Source: an uncultured Bacteroidales bacterium (lineage in GTDB: Bacteria > Bacteroidota > Bacteroidia > Bacteroidales > UBA3824). From it: a DNA stretch of 64,000 bases. A model generated the notes under the pieces. The model saw only the letters and a program-made list of their open reading frames with translations, was not told where the DNA came from and searched no databases. A program made the translations under genes and the position numbers. The stretch lies in NCBI GenBank assembly GCA_937877455.1, contig CALFIU010000189.1, forward strand, positions 28,852 through 92,851, in the 5' to 3' direction. Shown piece by piece: positions 1 through 8,630 of this stretch (position 1 is the first letter of the stretch; the number at the start of each line of letters is the position of its first letter).

Positions 1-2
1 AA

Positions 3-653
3 CTTACCTTCCGGGAATTCTCCCTCGAACTTCTTTTGACAGAAGCAAGGGGCCGTAATGAACGACGCAGGAAGAGGAACTATGCTGCAGCACACTTTCC
101 ACCAGATATCCGTTCCATCGATGAATTCGATATCTCCGAACTGGAATCCGGCATAACAGAGGGACAAATCAAGCGCCTTAAAGAACTGAACTGGATCGAC
201 ACCCATGGAAACATCATCTTCGCTGGTCCTCCCGGTCTTGGGAAGACCATGCTTGCCTGCGGGCTTGGGCTGGAGGCTATCAATAACGGCTATACCGTCT
301 GCTTTGAACGCATGGCCAACTTTGTGTCAATCATGGATAAAGCCGCTGCGGGCGACCGATCCTCCGGTTTCCGCTTGAAGAATATCCTGAAAGCCCAGCT
401 GGTTCTGATAGACGAGATTGGGTATACACCCATCTCCCGCAGCCAGGCCAACCGCTTCTTTACATTCATCAGCAACTGCTACCGTACCACCTCCGTGATC
501 TTCACTACCAACAAACAGGTTTCTGAATGGGCAGAGGTTATGGGCGACGCGGACTTGACAGGCGCTATGCTTGACCGGATCCTCAGCCATGCGGCGTGCT
601 TTTCACTGAAGGGCGATTCCTACCGACTAAAGCACCCTGAACTCTTCATTTAA
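3..653 (+). CDS. istB: IS21-family helper ATPase IstB (5' end outside window)
   Basis: Frame open from position 3. Walker A GPPGLGKT, Walker B LVLIDEIGY, and TTNK...EW...DRIL motifs typical of IstB/DnaC-like ATPases. Confidence 0.9.
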   Translation, partial: LTFREFSLELLLTEARGRNERRRKRNYAAAHFPPDIRSIDEFDISELESGITEGQIKRLKELNWIDTHGNIIFAGPPGLGKTMLACGLGLEAINNGYTVCFERMANFVSIMDKAAAGDRSSGFRLKNILKAQLVLIDEIGYTPISRSQANRFFTFISNCYRTTSVIFTTNKQVSEWAEVMGDADLTGAMLDRILSHAACFSLKGDSYRLKHPELFI

Positions 654-680
654 GCTATCTATAACCACTCGGTTGTGAAT

Positions 681-840
681 GGAAAATCTTCTTACCGTAA
701 ACCAGGAAAAAGTCCTTACCGAGATAGTGGAAAAAGTCCTTACCGTGTAATAGGAAAATTTGCTTACCAGGATTATGGAAAACTCCTTACCGGACAAATA
801 GAAAAACTCCTTACCTTACCACTGGAAAAAGTGCTTGACA
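681..840 (+). repeat. Seven direct repeats GGAAAAnnnCTTACC at ~24-bp phasing (IS21-type multiple transposase-binding sites)
   Basis: Copies start at 681, 705, 729, 753, 777, ~800 and 825. The last copy runs into the terminal ...TGACA. Confidence 0.8.
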
Positions 841-1873
841 TTCACAAGAAATAACCATATATGAACGAGGAAAGCCACGGATTATAACGCCAATCCATAT
901 TAAAGACAGGGTTATTCAAAAAGTATTATGCGACTATGCGCTTGTGCCAATATTATCTAAAACTTTGATATATGATAATGGAGCAAGTCTTGAAGGAAAA
1001 GGTGTTTTATTTTCAAGAAATCGAATGCTTCAACACCTTAGAAATGCGGTGAAAGAATATGGAACTGATTTTTATGTTCTCTCGTTTGATTTCAAAAGTT
1101 TCTTTGACAGCATACCGCATAAAACATGCAGAATGATGCTTAATAGATATATCTGCGATCAAGAAATAATTGCTTTGACAATGGATATTATCAAAGCGCC
1201 ATATCGTGTAAAAATAAATAAAATAAAAGATAAAGAAGAAAAACAAAAACAACTTAAACTTCTTGATAATGATGAGTTATGCGGAATTTGTCTTGGCAGT
1301 CAGGTATCTCAAATAATGGCTCTTGTTATTGCTAACGACATTGACCACTACATCAAAGATATTAAGAAATGTAAATATTATACAAGATATATGGATGATG
1401 GAAATATTTTCCTTAAAACTAAAGAGGAATTGAATGATCTTCTTTGCGGCATGAAAGAGATAGCAGAAAATCTCGGATTACACTTCAACTTGACTAAAAC
1501 TCATATTACGAAGATTAGTAAAGGATTTACATTTTTAAAGGTACACTATTCTGTCACGGACACGGGAAAAATAGTCAAAGTATTAGTACGATCTGGAACT
1601 GTAAGAATGAGAAGAAAGTTAAAGAAGTTTGAAAATAAAATTCAAGATGGGAAAATGACGATTGATAATGTCTATGATTCAATTCAATCATGGGTCGCGC
1701 ATTCAAAAGTTGCCAATTCTTATACGACAGTTAGAAGTATGTTGAAATTATATAATGAAAAGTATAATGGATACAAAATTACAAAGAAATGGGAACATGT
1801 TAAAGGAGGAAAGAACAGTGAGTTATTACAAACTGATAAGTGGGCAGAATATCGTTGGGGTCGTGTCACTTGA
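839..1873 (+). pseudogene. Reverse transcriptase, 5'-truncated by the IS21 insertion (DGR-like or retron-like RT core)
   Basis: Frame reads HSQEITIYERGKPRIITPIHIKDRVIQKVL from 839 and is closed by TGA at 836-838 at the IS end. RT motifs present: SFDFKSFFDSIPH, LGSQVSQ, YTRYMDDG. Confidence 0.75.
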
Positions 1874-2573
1874 CAACTTTAGGCGATATCAGGCTAAACA
1901 CGGTATAGTTCTGTTCTCAGATATAGACACGGCGCAATACGTGGAATTTAGGGGAGTCTATTATAGGGATGACTGGCTGAAGGCTACAACAACTGACAGA
2001 ATCCAATATGAAGATGTCTCTATAATATCTATTGACGAGACAGAATATAATGCGCTAATTGAAGCGTTTGAAACAAATGATGAAATTGAAATCGAGCCAA
2101 CTGAAGAGCCGATTGACAATACAATACCACAAGATGAAAACGAGCAAGTAACTTTAGAATTTGTTCGCGATGCAAAAATTGCTCAAATGAGCAAAATATG
2201 TCATGATACGATAGTAAACGGAATAGACGTTGTTTTGAGTGATGGTGAAAGCCATCATTTTTCTTTGGAAATCGAAGATCAAATTAAAATACAGGCATTG
2301 GCTCTGAAGGCGCAGAATGGAGAAAGTACGCTTTTCTGGCACGAAGATGATATGCCGTGTAAATTTTATTCTGCAAATGATATTTTAGCTATATACACAG
2401 CGCTTGAGAAAATACAGACTATAGAAACGACATGGTTTAATTCATTAAAGATGTATATCATGTCTATGGAAACAATCGAACAAATAAGCGCAGTTACATA
2501 TAGAACAGAAATACCAGAGGAATATCAAAGTGAGGTTTTAAAATATTTACTTAGCCAACAGGATGGTGAGTAA
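1818..2573 (+). CDS. Phage tail-fibre-associated protein (DUF4376-like C-terminal region)
   Basis: GTG start 8 nt after AAAGGAGGAAAG. The C-terminal half resembles DUF4376 proteins of prophage tail modules (recalled similarity only). Confidence 0.5.
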   Translation: MSYYKLISGQNIVGVVSLDNFRRYQAKHGIVLFSDIDTAQYVEFRGVYYRDDWLKATTTDRIQYEDVSIISIDETEYNALIEAFETNDEIEIEPTEEPIDNTIPQDENEQVTLEFVRDAKIAQMSKICHDTIVNGIDVVLSDGESHHFSLEIEDQIKIQALALKAQNGESTLFWHEDDMPCKFYSANDILAIYTALEKIQTIETTWFNSLKMYIMSMETIEQISAVTYRTEIPEEYQSEVLKYLLSQQDGE

Positions 2574-3063
2574 CATGAAAAACATGATTTTGAAAAACTT
2601 AGTTTTATTCTTATCTGGATTTTGTCTATATATGACGATAGAGTGCCTTTTTCGTGGGTACTCTTTTCCGTTGATGGGTTGTTGCGGCGGATTATGTGTT
2701 GTCATACTTGATAAGATTAACGATTACATTTCGTGGGATGTTGACTTATTTTGGCAAGCCTTATGCGGTGCTTTATTAGTGACAATAATGGAACTTGTCA
2801 TAGGAACTATTGCAAAATATACTGACTTACTTCCTGTTATGTGGGATTACTCTTCTCTTCCGTTGAATTTTAACGGAATAGTATGCGTACCATTTTTTAT
2901 AGCATGGCTATTTTTAAGTGTAGTAGCAATCTTTTTAGCTGATGCAATAAATTATTACATTTTTGAAGATACTGTTGTTCCGCACTATGTATTATTTGGT
3001 GGGTTGTTTGTAATTGTCTTTCATAAAAAGAAATGTGATATAGAGGTGAGAACAAATGAATAA
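2563..3063 (+). CDS. Multi-pass membrane protein (PF06541 / putative ABC-transporter type IV-like)
   Basis: 4-5 hydrophobic segments and a WDYSSLPLNFNG motif. Start overlaps the preceding stop. Confidence 0.5.
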   Translation: MVSNMKNMILKNLVLFLSGFCLYMTIECLFRGYSFPLMGCCGGLCVVILDKINDYISWDVDLFWQALCGALLVTIMELVIGTIAKYTDLLPVMWDYSSLPLNFNGIVCVPFFIAWLFLSVVAIFLADAINYYIFEDTVVPHYVLFGGLFVIVFHKKKCDIEVRTNE

Positions 3064-3349
3064 TGTTATTGTTGAATATAATGATTTTTCAAAAGAAAAC
3101 TCAAATGTAGAAAAGATTACTTTTGATTTGCTACCAAATGTATCTCTTACTTTTTCACAAGGAACAAGTGCGGATACAGACGGAAACGATGAAACAGAGA
3201 ACACTGATACAGAAACTAATGAAGGTGTGCTTTCAATATCAATGGTTGACAAGCAAACTGATGAAACTGAAATAACAGGGGCGATTGACATTGAAACGCT
3301 TAATGCATTAATCAGGAGCTTAATTATTTTCAGAGGGCAGATATCATAA
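3056..3349 (+). CDS. Hypothetical acidic protein
   Basis: Co-oriented ORF with start overlapping the upstream stop. D/E/T-rich. Confidence 0.4.
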   Translation: MNNVIVEYNDFSKENSNVEKITFDLLPNVSLTFSQGTSADTDGNDETENTDTETNEGVLSISMVDKQTDETEITGAIDIETLNALIRSLIIFRGQIS

Positions 3350-3801
3350 TGGCAAAGAAAGATAAGAGATTATTTGCAATCCTTATTATGACACTTGTTA
3401 TTCTTATGTGTATACTTTTATCTATTGGTTTTAAGAAATCTAATAAAAGTGGAATTTTATTGGAGAGTAAAGGTCGAGAAAAGGTGCTAAATCAGTCAAT
3501 TTCGATTTTCGGATTTTCTGAATTACACATGAAATCTGGCGAATTAGAACAATCATTCGATTTTCGCAATCCAAAAACAAATAATTGCTATATGAATATA
3601 GAATTACTATTATCAGACGGATCGCAACTATTCGAGATAAAGAGAATCGAACCCGGATATGGGATAAAGGAAGTACAATTAAATAAAGTTTTGGAAAACG
3701 GTGATTATTTGAATTGCCTTTTTAACATTAAATGCTTTTCATTGAACGATAATGCGCAGCTTAACGGTGCGTCAATGTCTGTCAATCTATATGTGAGGTA
3801 G
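3349..3801 (+). CDS. Hypothetical protein with N-terminal transmembrane anchor
   Basis: ATGA stop/start overlap with the upstream ORF. Hydrophobic N-terminus LFAILIMTLVILMCILLSIGF. Confidence 0.45.
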   Translation: MAKKDKRLFAILIMTLVILMCILLSIGFKKSNKSGILLESKGREKVLNQSISIFGFSELHMKSGELEQSFDFRNPKTNNCYMNIELLLSDGSQLFEIKRIEPGYGIKEVQLNKVLENGDYLNCLFNIKCFSLNDNAQLNGASMSVNLYVR

Positions 3802-3807
3802 AGATAG

Positions 3808-4257
3808 ATGAAGAAAATATTTTGTACAATCATATCAATTATAATGCTGATCGCTAATCCAGTTTACGCATCGGAACAAACGGCGCAAGCAACAATTACC
3901 TATACTTGTGATGATAGTTTTTATATTGAAATACCATCGACAATAAATGTCGGCGAAGAATGTTATATCAATGCCGTAGAAGTAAATATATCTCCAACAA
4001 AAAATGTATATGTGGATTTAGGACATCCAGAAGGATACGTCAGGTTATATAACGAAGGAAATGAAAACGAATATATAGATACATATTTTCAAGATGGCAG
4101 CGGAAATACATTAACCGTTACAAACCTAAACCTTGCAATGTTTTCTTCTGGTTCTTCTGGTTCAAGCCAATCATTCACAACATATGTAGAAGATACAACT
4201 GGAAAAACTGCTGGTCAGTATACTGGCGTTGCTATGTTTTGGATTCATTGTGATTAA
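3808..4257 (+). CDS. Secreted hypothetical protein (signal peptide)
   Basis: MKKIFCTIISIIMLIANPVYA/SEQ signal-like N-terminus. GAGG-type RBS upstream. Confidence 0.5.
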   Translation: MKKIFCTIISIIMLIANPVYASEQTAQATITYTCDDSFYIEIPSTINVGEECYINAVEVNISPTKNVYVDLGHPEGYVRLYNEGNENEYIDTYFQDGSGNTLTVTNLNLAMFSSGSSGSSQSFTTYVEDTTGKTAGQYTGVAMFWIHCD

Positions 4258-4262
4258 AAATA

Positions 4263-4299
4263 AGGGTATAAGATGCTACGTCTTATACCCTAATCTTTT
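4263..4299 (+). terminator. Rho-independent terminator closing the plus-strand gene block
   Basis: 11-bp stem AGGGTATAAGA/TCTTATACCCT with a 7-nt loop, followed by AATCTTTT. Confidence 0.7.
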
Positions 4300-4311
4300 C
4301 CTTCCTCTTTT

Positions 4312-4345
4312 CTTGAGATACTATACGTGTGTAAATTGAATACTG
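4312..4345. repeat. Left copy of the 34-bp inverted repeat bracketing the integrase/attP segment
   Basis: CTTGAGATACTATACGTGTGTAAATTGAATACTG matches the reverse complement of 5967-6000 at 31 of 34 positions. Confidence 0.9.
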
Positions 4346-4349
4346 TTAA

Positions 4350-4710
4350 GGTATTTGCGTAAACTTAGCCGAAGGAAATCGGTTTTTATTTTACGCATTT
4401 TTATACGCAAATCTTACGCATAACTTGCTGATAATTTGCGATAAAACACGATAGTTTATGATACTTTACTCAACAGCGTCAATTGACTTCTCAATGTGCT
4501 GAAACCCTTATAAATCAAGGCTATACAGGACTTCTTGATTAAGACTTAGCCGAGGTACTTAGCGCCCCATCTGAAATGCTACCTTTGTTCCAAAACAGGC
4601 TTAAATACTGCATTCCCAAAACGCTCTACGCAACTTTTACGCAACATCACGCAGATTTCAAAATCACATTTGCAAGATATTGTTACGCATCGCCTTAATT
4701 CTACGCACTT
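4350..4710. other. attP-like region: two clusters of TACGCA arm-type repeats flanking a ~200-bp central segment
   Basis: TACGCA at 4404, 4415, 4627, 4638, 4684, 4702, within TTACGCA at 4391, and inverted at 4356. CACGCA at 4648. ACTTAGCCGARG appears twice (about 4364 and 4543). Confidence 0.55.
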
Positions 4711-4735
4711 TTAAAATAATGTCAATCTTCAATTT

Positions 4736-5935
4736 TCAAAGAAACTTGCCGACTTTCGTGACCTCTTCTTTGGTTTTATCTTCTAATATATGTGTGTAAG
4801 AGAGTGTGGTGCTGTAATTCGCATGTCCCATGATACTCTGAACAACAACAGGGTCTAACCCTTTTTCAAAACACCTTGTCGCAAATGTGTGTCTAAAACA
4901 ATGTGGATGAAGATGCCCGAATTCACGAGGTTTTCTTCCTTCACGATAAGCACGATTGCTTTCTTTCAGGATGATATTTGTCTCAACCTTCTTCAAATCA
5001 TGCACTATATTATATCTCGTGATAGGTGATCCCATCGTGGTTGTGAAAACCAAATCACCAAACTTTTCATCTGAACGCCAACGACTGCCGAGCTTCTGCC
5101 TGTATAAATCCTGCTTATTCTTCCATACTTTGAAGAGGTTTTCCGTATCATCAAAGAACGGAATAGAACGATACGAATTTGCTGTCTTTGGCGTAGTAAG
5201 CTCCATTATCTTTTTGCCATCCAGATAGGCAGTCATCATTGATCGTCTAATGTGAATGACTTTCTTTTCAAAATCTATATCATCCCACTGTAAACCAGAA
5301 AACTCACCAATCCTCATGCCAGTAACCAGAAGTATTCTATAAGGTTCATTATAATAACTGTCATTTACTTCTTCAAGAAAAACATCCTGTTCCCAATGGT
5401 TAAGAACTCTCCGCTCTTTCGCCATTTCGTTTCCTTCATGAACAGTAACGCCTCTGCATGGATTTACAGAAAGAATTTTGTTCACAATGGCAATGTCGAG
5501 ACACTCTCTGAGAACACTTAATGCTTCTTTTATACTTCTTGCATTATAATGTTCTACTTCATATAATTGAGTGGCAGCATCTTGAATATTCATCTGCGTG
5601 ACTTCTTCAATCCGCTTATCGCCCAATATCCTTATAAACGTGTTTCTGAGTTTCCTGTCATATGTTTTTCTGCTGACATCTGATTTCAGCTGCGGTGATT
5701 TACATTTTTCAAACCATTCATTGTACCATTCTTTTAGTTTTAAGTTTGGTCTAATACCCTTTTCATCTCTTAACACTCTTGCCTTTTCCATTTCAAAAGT
5801 TTTCTTTAGATTTGGAAGAGACATATCATAGATGTCGATTTTAACGCCGTTGATTTTCGCCCTTGCTTCATACCTCCCATCCGGGCGCTGACTAAATCCT
5901 TTTCCTAATTCTTTTCCTTTTAAGTCTTTTCCCAT
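4736..5935 (-). CDS. int: Tyrosine recombinase / phage integrase
   Basis: N-terminal SAM-like domain. Catalytic region contains LLVTGMRIGE ... HCFRHTFATRCFEKG ... MGHANYSTTLSYTH (R..HxxR..Y). AAGGAG RBS. Confidence 0.9.
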   Translation of the reverse strand: MGKDLKGKELGKGFSQRPDGRYEARAKINGVKIDIYDMSLPNLKKTFEMEKARVLRDEKGIRPNLKLKEWYNEWFEKCKSPQLKSDVSRKTYDRKLRNTFIRILGDKRIEEVTQMNIQDAATQLYEVEHYNARSIKEALSVLRECLDIAIVNKILSVNPCRGVTVHEGNEMAKERRVLNHWEQDVFLEEVNDSYYNEPYRILLVTGMRIGEFSGLQWDDIDFEKKVIHIRRSMMTAYLDGKKIMELTTPKTANSYRSIPFFDDTENLFKVWKNKQDLYRQKLGSRWRSDEKFGDLVFTTTMGSPITRYNIVHDLKKVETNIILKESNRAYREGRKPREFGHLHPHCFRHTFATRCFEKGLDPVVVQSIMGHANYSTTLSYTHILEDKTKEEVTKVGKFL

Positions 5936-5966
5936 AATTCATATCTCCTTTCGGGGAAACAAATTA

Positions 5967-6000
5967 CAGTATTCAACTTACACACATATAGTAACTCAAG
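5967..6000. repeat. Right copy of the 34-bp inverted repeat bracketing the integrase/attP segment
   Basis: Its reverse complement CTTGAGTTACTATATGTGTGTAAGTTGAATACTG pairs with 4312-4345. Confidence 0.9.
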
Positions 6001-6016
6001 TACAAATAAATGTCAA
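5988..6016 (-). promoter_or_regulatory. Sigma-A type promoter for int (TTGACA-N17-TACTAT), with its -10 inside the inverted repeat
   Basis: The minus strand reads TTGACATTTATTTGTACTTGAGTTACTAT. Confidence 0.6.
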
Positions 6017-6036
6017 TAAAAGATTAAACAAAATAA

Positions 6037-6423
6037 TTATTGATTACCGTTTATAATATCGTTTAGGCTTGCTATTCTTTCTATTGTTTGATCTGGCGTA
6101 TGACCATCCCATTCAGGTGCATTTGTTAATTCTGTAACATCAAATAAATCCCAACAATCAAGATGATAATGATATGTAGCCTGACCTTTTGGCGTTTGAA
6201 TTCCGACAATAAACATATCGTCATACATTGGTTCTTTTTCTTCATCATGATGTCTCTTTGATTTCCAAGCTACTGCCTTAAACATATTAAAAACCACGGA
6301 TGATAAAATAGCTCTGTGATGATATAATTCTTCAAATGTATGATTGCCATCAGAAAAATTTTTAAAAGAACCTTCCGATACACACTTATTAAATAATGCG
6401 AGTTTTTCAAAATAATTATCCAT
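6037..6423 (-). CDS. Hypothetical protein (conserved EWDGH motif)
   Basis: Co-oriented ORF, 8-nt overlap with the upstream gene. Confidence 0.5.
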   Translation of the reverse strand: MDNYFEKLALFNKCVSEGSFKNFSDGNHTFEELYHHRAILSSVVFNMFKAVAWKSKRHHDEEKEPMYDDMFIVGIQTPKGQATYHYHLDCWDLFDVTELTNAPEWDGHTPDQTIERIASLNDIINGNQ

Positions 6424-6871
6424 CGTTTTCTATTCCTTTGTTATTATTGAATGTGGCAATTTCTAACATGGCTATCATATTACCAGCTATCGTCCTGATA
6501 GTTTCATTTTGCTCCATTCCATTTTTATACGCATATGCACATATCTCATGGATGATATGTTTCAAAAATTCAGTGTCAGCCTCAAAATCTTCTGTAGAAA
6601 TATCTACAGGCGGTTCGTCTATTGTACTCGATATTTTATGTGTATCGTTATCAAACAGACAAAGTGTTATATTTCCACCATCTTTTTTATTATAAACATA
6701 ACCAGCAAAACCATTATTTTTCTGATAGTCCGGCATACTCATAATGTGTTGAATCACAGCATTCAGCGCGTCATCAGTCATTTCAACTCTGCCAGACAAA
6801 GACATCTTTCCATCTTTAAGTATATTCGCATAATAAATATTGCCAAAACTTCCACAAACTAATTTCTTCAT
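6416..6871 (-). CDS. Hypothetical protein
   Basis: Co-oriented ORF in a tightly packed operon. Confidence 0.5.
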   Translation of the reverse strand: MKKLVCGSFGNIYYANILKDGKMSLSGRVEMTDDALNAVIQHIMSMPDYQKNNGFAGYVYNKKDGGNITLCLFDNDTHKISSTIDEPPVDISTEDFEADTEFLKHIIHEICAYAYKNGMEQNETIRTIAGNMIAMLEIATFNNNKGIENDG

Positions 6872-6872
6872 T

Positions 6873-7061
6873 TTATATACCTATTTGATATTTTATGCAG
6901 CTGTCGAGATAATCATCAAATTTCTTTTTATCTATGTAGTACCTGTTTCCCATTTTTACCGTGAACACACTGTCTTTTCTTTTTACGATTTCCCTTACTT
7001 TCGTTTCTCCCCATCCTGTATATTCACAGATTTCTTTAATTGTTAAAAATTTCTTATCCAT
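6873..7061 (-). CDS. xis: Excisionase-family helix-turn-helix DNA-binding protein
   Basis: 62 aa. LTIKEICEYTGWGETKVREIV is a typical Xis/MerR-like HTH, and the gene lies close to int. Confidence 0.6.
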   Translation of the reverse strand: MDKKFLTIKEICEYTGWGETKVREIVKRKDSVFTVKMGNRYYIDKKKFDDYLDSCIKYQIGI

Positions 7062-7068
7062 ATTTCCA

Positions 7069-7359
7069 CTAATAATTCATTAGCTCTCGCGTTGTTATTT
7101 CAAGTGCTTGTATACCGCCGCAAGAATCAACTATATACCCAAGGCTAAAATGATCGCGGAGCTTTTCTACACATTTTGCAACTCTTTCATGTAAAGTTCC
7201 GTAATAAGGATCGTCTTTCATAGAAATAATTTTTGTTTTTGCTACCTCATAGATGCAATGGTCAACAGGTCTTTCAATTTTTACATCGCCATTTCTTTCT
7301 ATTTTTATAAAACAGTCTTTTAAATTCCAATCATCAGGTACATCAAATATATACTTCAT
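7069..7359 (-). CDS. Hypothetical protein
   Basis: Co-oriented ORF with stop/start overlap to its neighbour. Confidence 0.45.
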   Translation of the reverse strand: MKYIFDVPDDWNLKDCFIKIERNGDVKIERPVDHCIYEVAKTKIISMKDDPYYGTLHERVAKCVEKLRDHFSLGYIVDSCGGIQALEITTRELMNY

Positions 7360-7670
7360 CTTAATTCTATCTCCCCATAATCAAGGGTTGGATCAGAAAA
7401 TACTTTGTATCCTTTATATTTACCAACCATACCAGTACAGTTATTTCTCGTGCTTTGCCCTATAAAACGTTCACATTCATTTAGTCTTGGCATACGCGCA
7501 AGTGTCTCTGGCGACATCAAGATAACTGGATCATATGATATGTCGGGATTATAGAAACTACTATGAAAACTATCTAAACCATTATCAAGTTTTTGTAAAT
7601 CAAGAGCTTGCGCAATATTAAATTTTTTCATCATATCAATATTCGACCTCGACAAAATTTTTATGACCAA
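7356..7670 (-). CDS. Hypothetical protein
   Basis: Co-oriented ORF with overlapping junctions. Confidence 0.45.
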   Translation of the reverse strand: MVIKILSRSNIDMMKKFNIAQALDLQKLDNGLDSFHSSFYNPDISYDPVILMSPETLARMPRLNECERFIGQSTRNNCTGMVGKYKGYKVFSDPTLDYGEIELR

Positions 7671-7971
7671 TAAGAGGTCTTATCACAGCATTAATTATTT
7701 CATCGCCGACTGCCGATTCGACGAATGCTTTATCAATACAAATTCCTCTTGCCTTTTCATTGGCATCATAAGCAGTAATTCTTGTTCCGTCTTTGAGTTC
7801 TATCATAAATGGATGAACACCATTCTTTACAAATCTTAGAATGCACGAATGGTCTATTTTGCTGATAAAATCATTAAACCATTGTTCAGCCCATTCCCTA
7901 TGTTTAAAGAAAACACCTACCATCAGTCCGTTATATTTCATTTGTATATTCCTATTATAAGTAGCAAACAA
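7636..7971 (-). CDS. Hypothetical protein
   Basis: Co-oriented ORF. Confidence 0.45.
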   Translation of the reverse strand: MFATYNRNIQMKYNGLMVGVFFKHREWAEQWFNDFISKIDHSCILRFVKNGVHPFMIELKDGTRITAYDANEKARGICIDKAFVESAVGDEIINAVIRPLIGHKNFVEVEY

Positions 7972-8407
7972 CTATGTTAATCTGTGTATCTTTGAACACA
8001 TCTTTAATAAGCGTGCTTACATCTAACCAGTCCAACTTATCAAGTCCGCATCCTATTTTTGGCATAGCAACTTTTTTAATATTATATTTTTCACATCCAT
8101 TTTTCATTTTCTCTAATGCTCTTCTCATAGAATATAAAGTTGGTTTATGCCAATATCTTGTTTTAGTTATCAAGTCAATTATTCTTTTCTTACCATGTAA
8201 AAAAGCATCACCCGGAAGTTTCTCATCATATTCCAAATACCATTTAGAACCAAAAGCATATAGCAAATCTTCACGCAAATTAAATCTTCTTTCAAATTCT
8301 CTGGCTATTCCAGCGCCAAGTTTGAAGTCGGCGCTAATGCAATGAACCAGATGATAGCCTTTATCATGGTATTTAAAAAGATCGTCATTTATCTCTAAGT
8401 AATTCAT
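7955..8407 (-). CDS. Macrodomain protein, TARG1/OARD1/DarG-like ADP-ribose hydrolase
   Basis: HCISADFKLGAGIA, LITKTRYWHKPT and MPKIGCGLDKLDW..V motifs align with the TARG1-type macrodomain signature. Confidence 0.85.
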   Translation of the reverse strand: MNYLEINDDLFKYHDKGYHLVHCISADFKLGAGIAREFERRFNLREDLLYAFGSKWYLEYDEKLPGDAFLHGKKRIIDLITKTRYWHKPTLYSMRRALEKMKNGCEKYNIKKVAMPKIGCGLDKLDWLDVSTLIKDVFKDTQINIVVCYL

Positions 8408-8630
8408 TATCTATTGCCTTATTAAATAATGTAACCGTGTCATCACAACTTACAGGAATTGTCTCTCCCAATCCTCTATATGTAATAGATGGTATCTTAG
8501 GCTCATTCTTTCCTTTTTCGTATCCTTCGTTATATCCGCTATAATAAGCATCACTAATATATTTCTTAAAATCTTCTGTTTTTAAAGTGATCGTTTCTTT
8601 CTCTTCAGGAATAATAATAATTGGACTCAT
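8385..8630 (-). CDS. Hypothetical protein
   Basis: Co-oriented ORF. Confidence 0.4.
   Translation of the reverse strand: MSPIIIIPEEKETITLKTEDFKKYISDAYYSGYNEGYEKGKNEPKIPSITYRGLGETIPVSCDDTVTLFNKAIDNELLRDK

Larger units (their letters stand above)
1..840 (+). mobile_element. Right-hand portion of an IS21-family insertion sequence (istB helper gene plus multi-repeat terminus)
   Basis: IstB-type ORF open to the window edge. Visibly more GC-rich than the rest of the window. Phased terminal repeats; the element ends ...GCTTGACA near 840, where an interrupted RT frame resumes. Confidence 0.8.

Noticed and set aside
944-4257. Search for DGR template/variable repeat pairs downstream of the RT
   Set aside because: I could not find a ~100-bp adenine-mismatched repeat pair by eye within the window. 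RT-proximal TR/VR are normally upstream, which here lies beyond the IS and the window edge. The DGR call therefore stays a hypothesis.
1-6000. Interpreting the left end as a host-prophage junction
   Set aside because: The plus-strand genes before attP look phage-late (an RT next to a DUF4376-like tail gene, then membrane genes). The order late genes, attP, int matches a vegetative or circular phage map. No recognisable host housekeeping gene is present.
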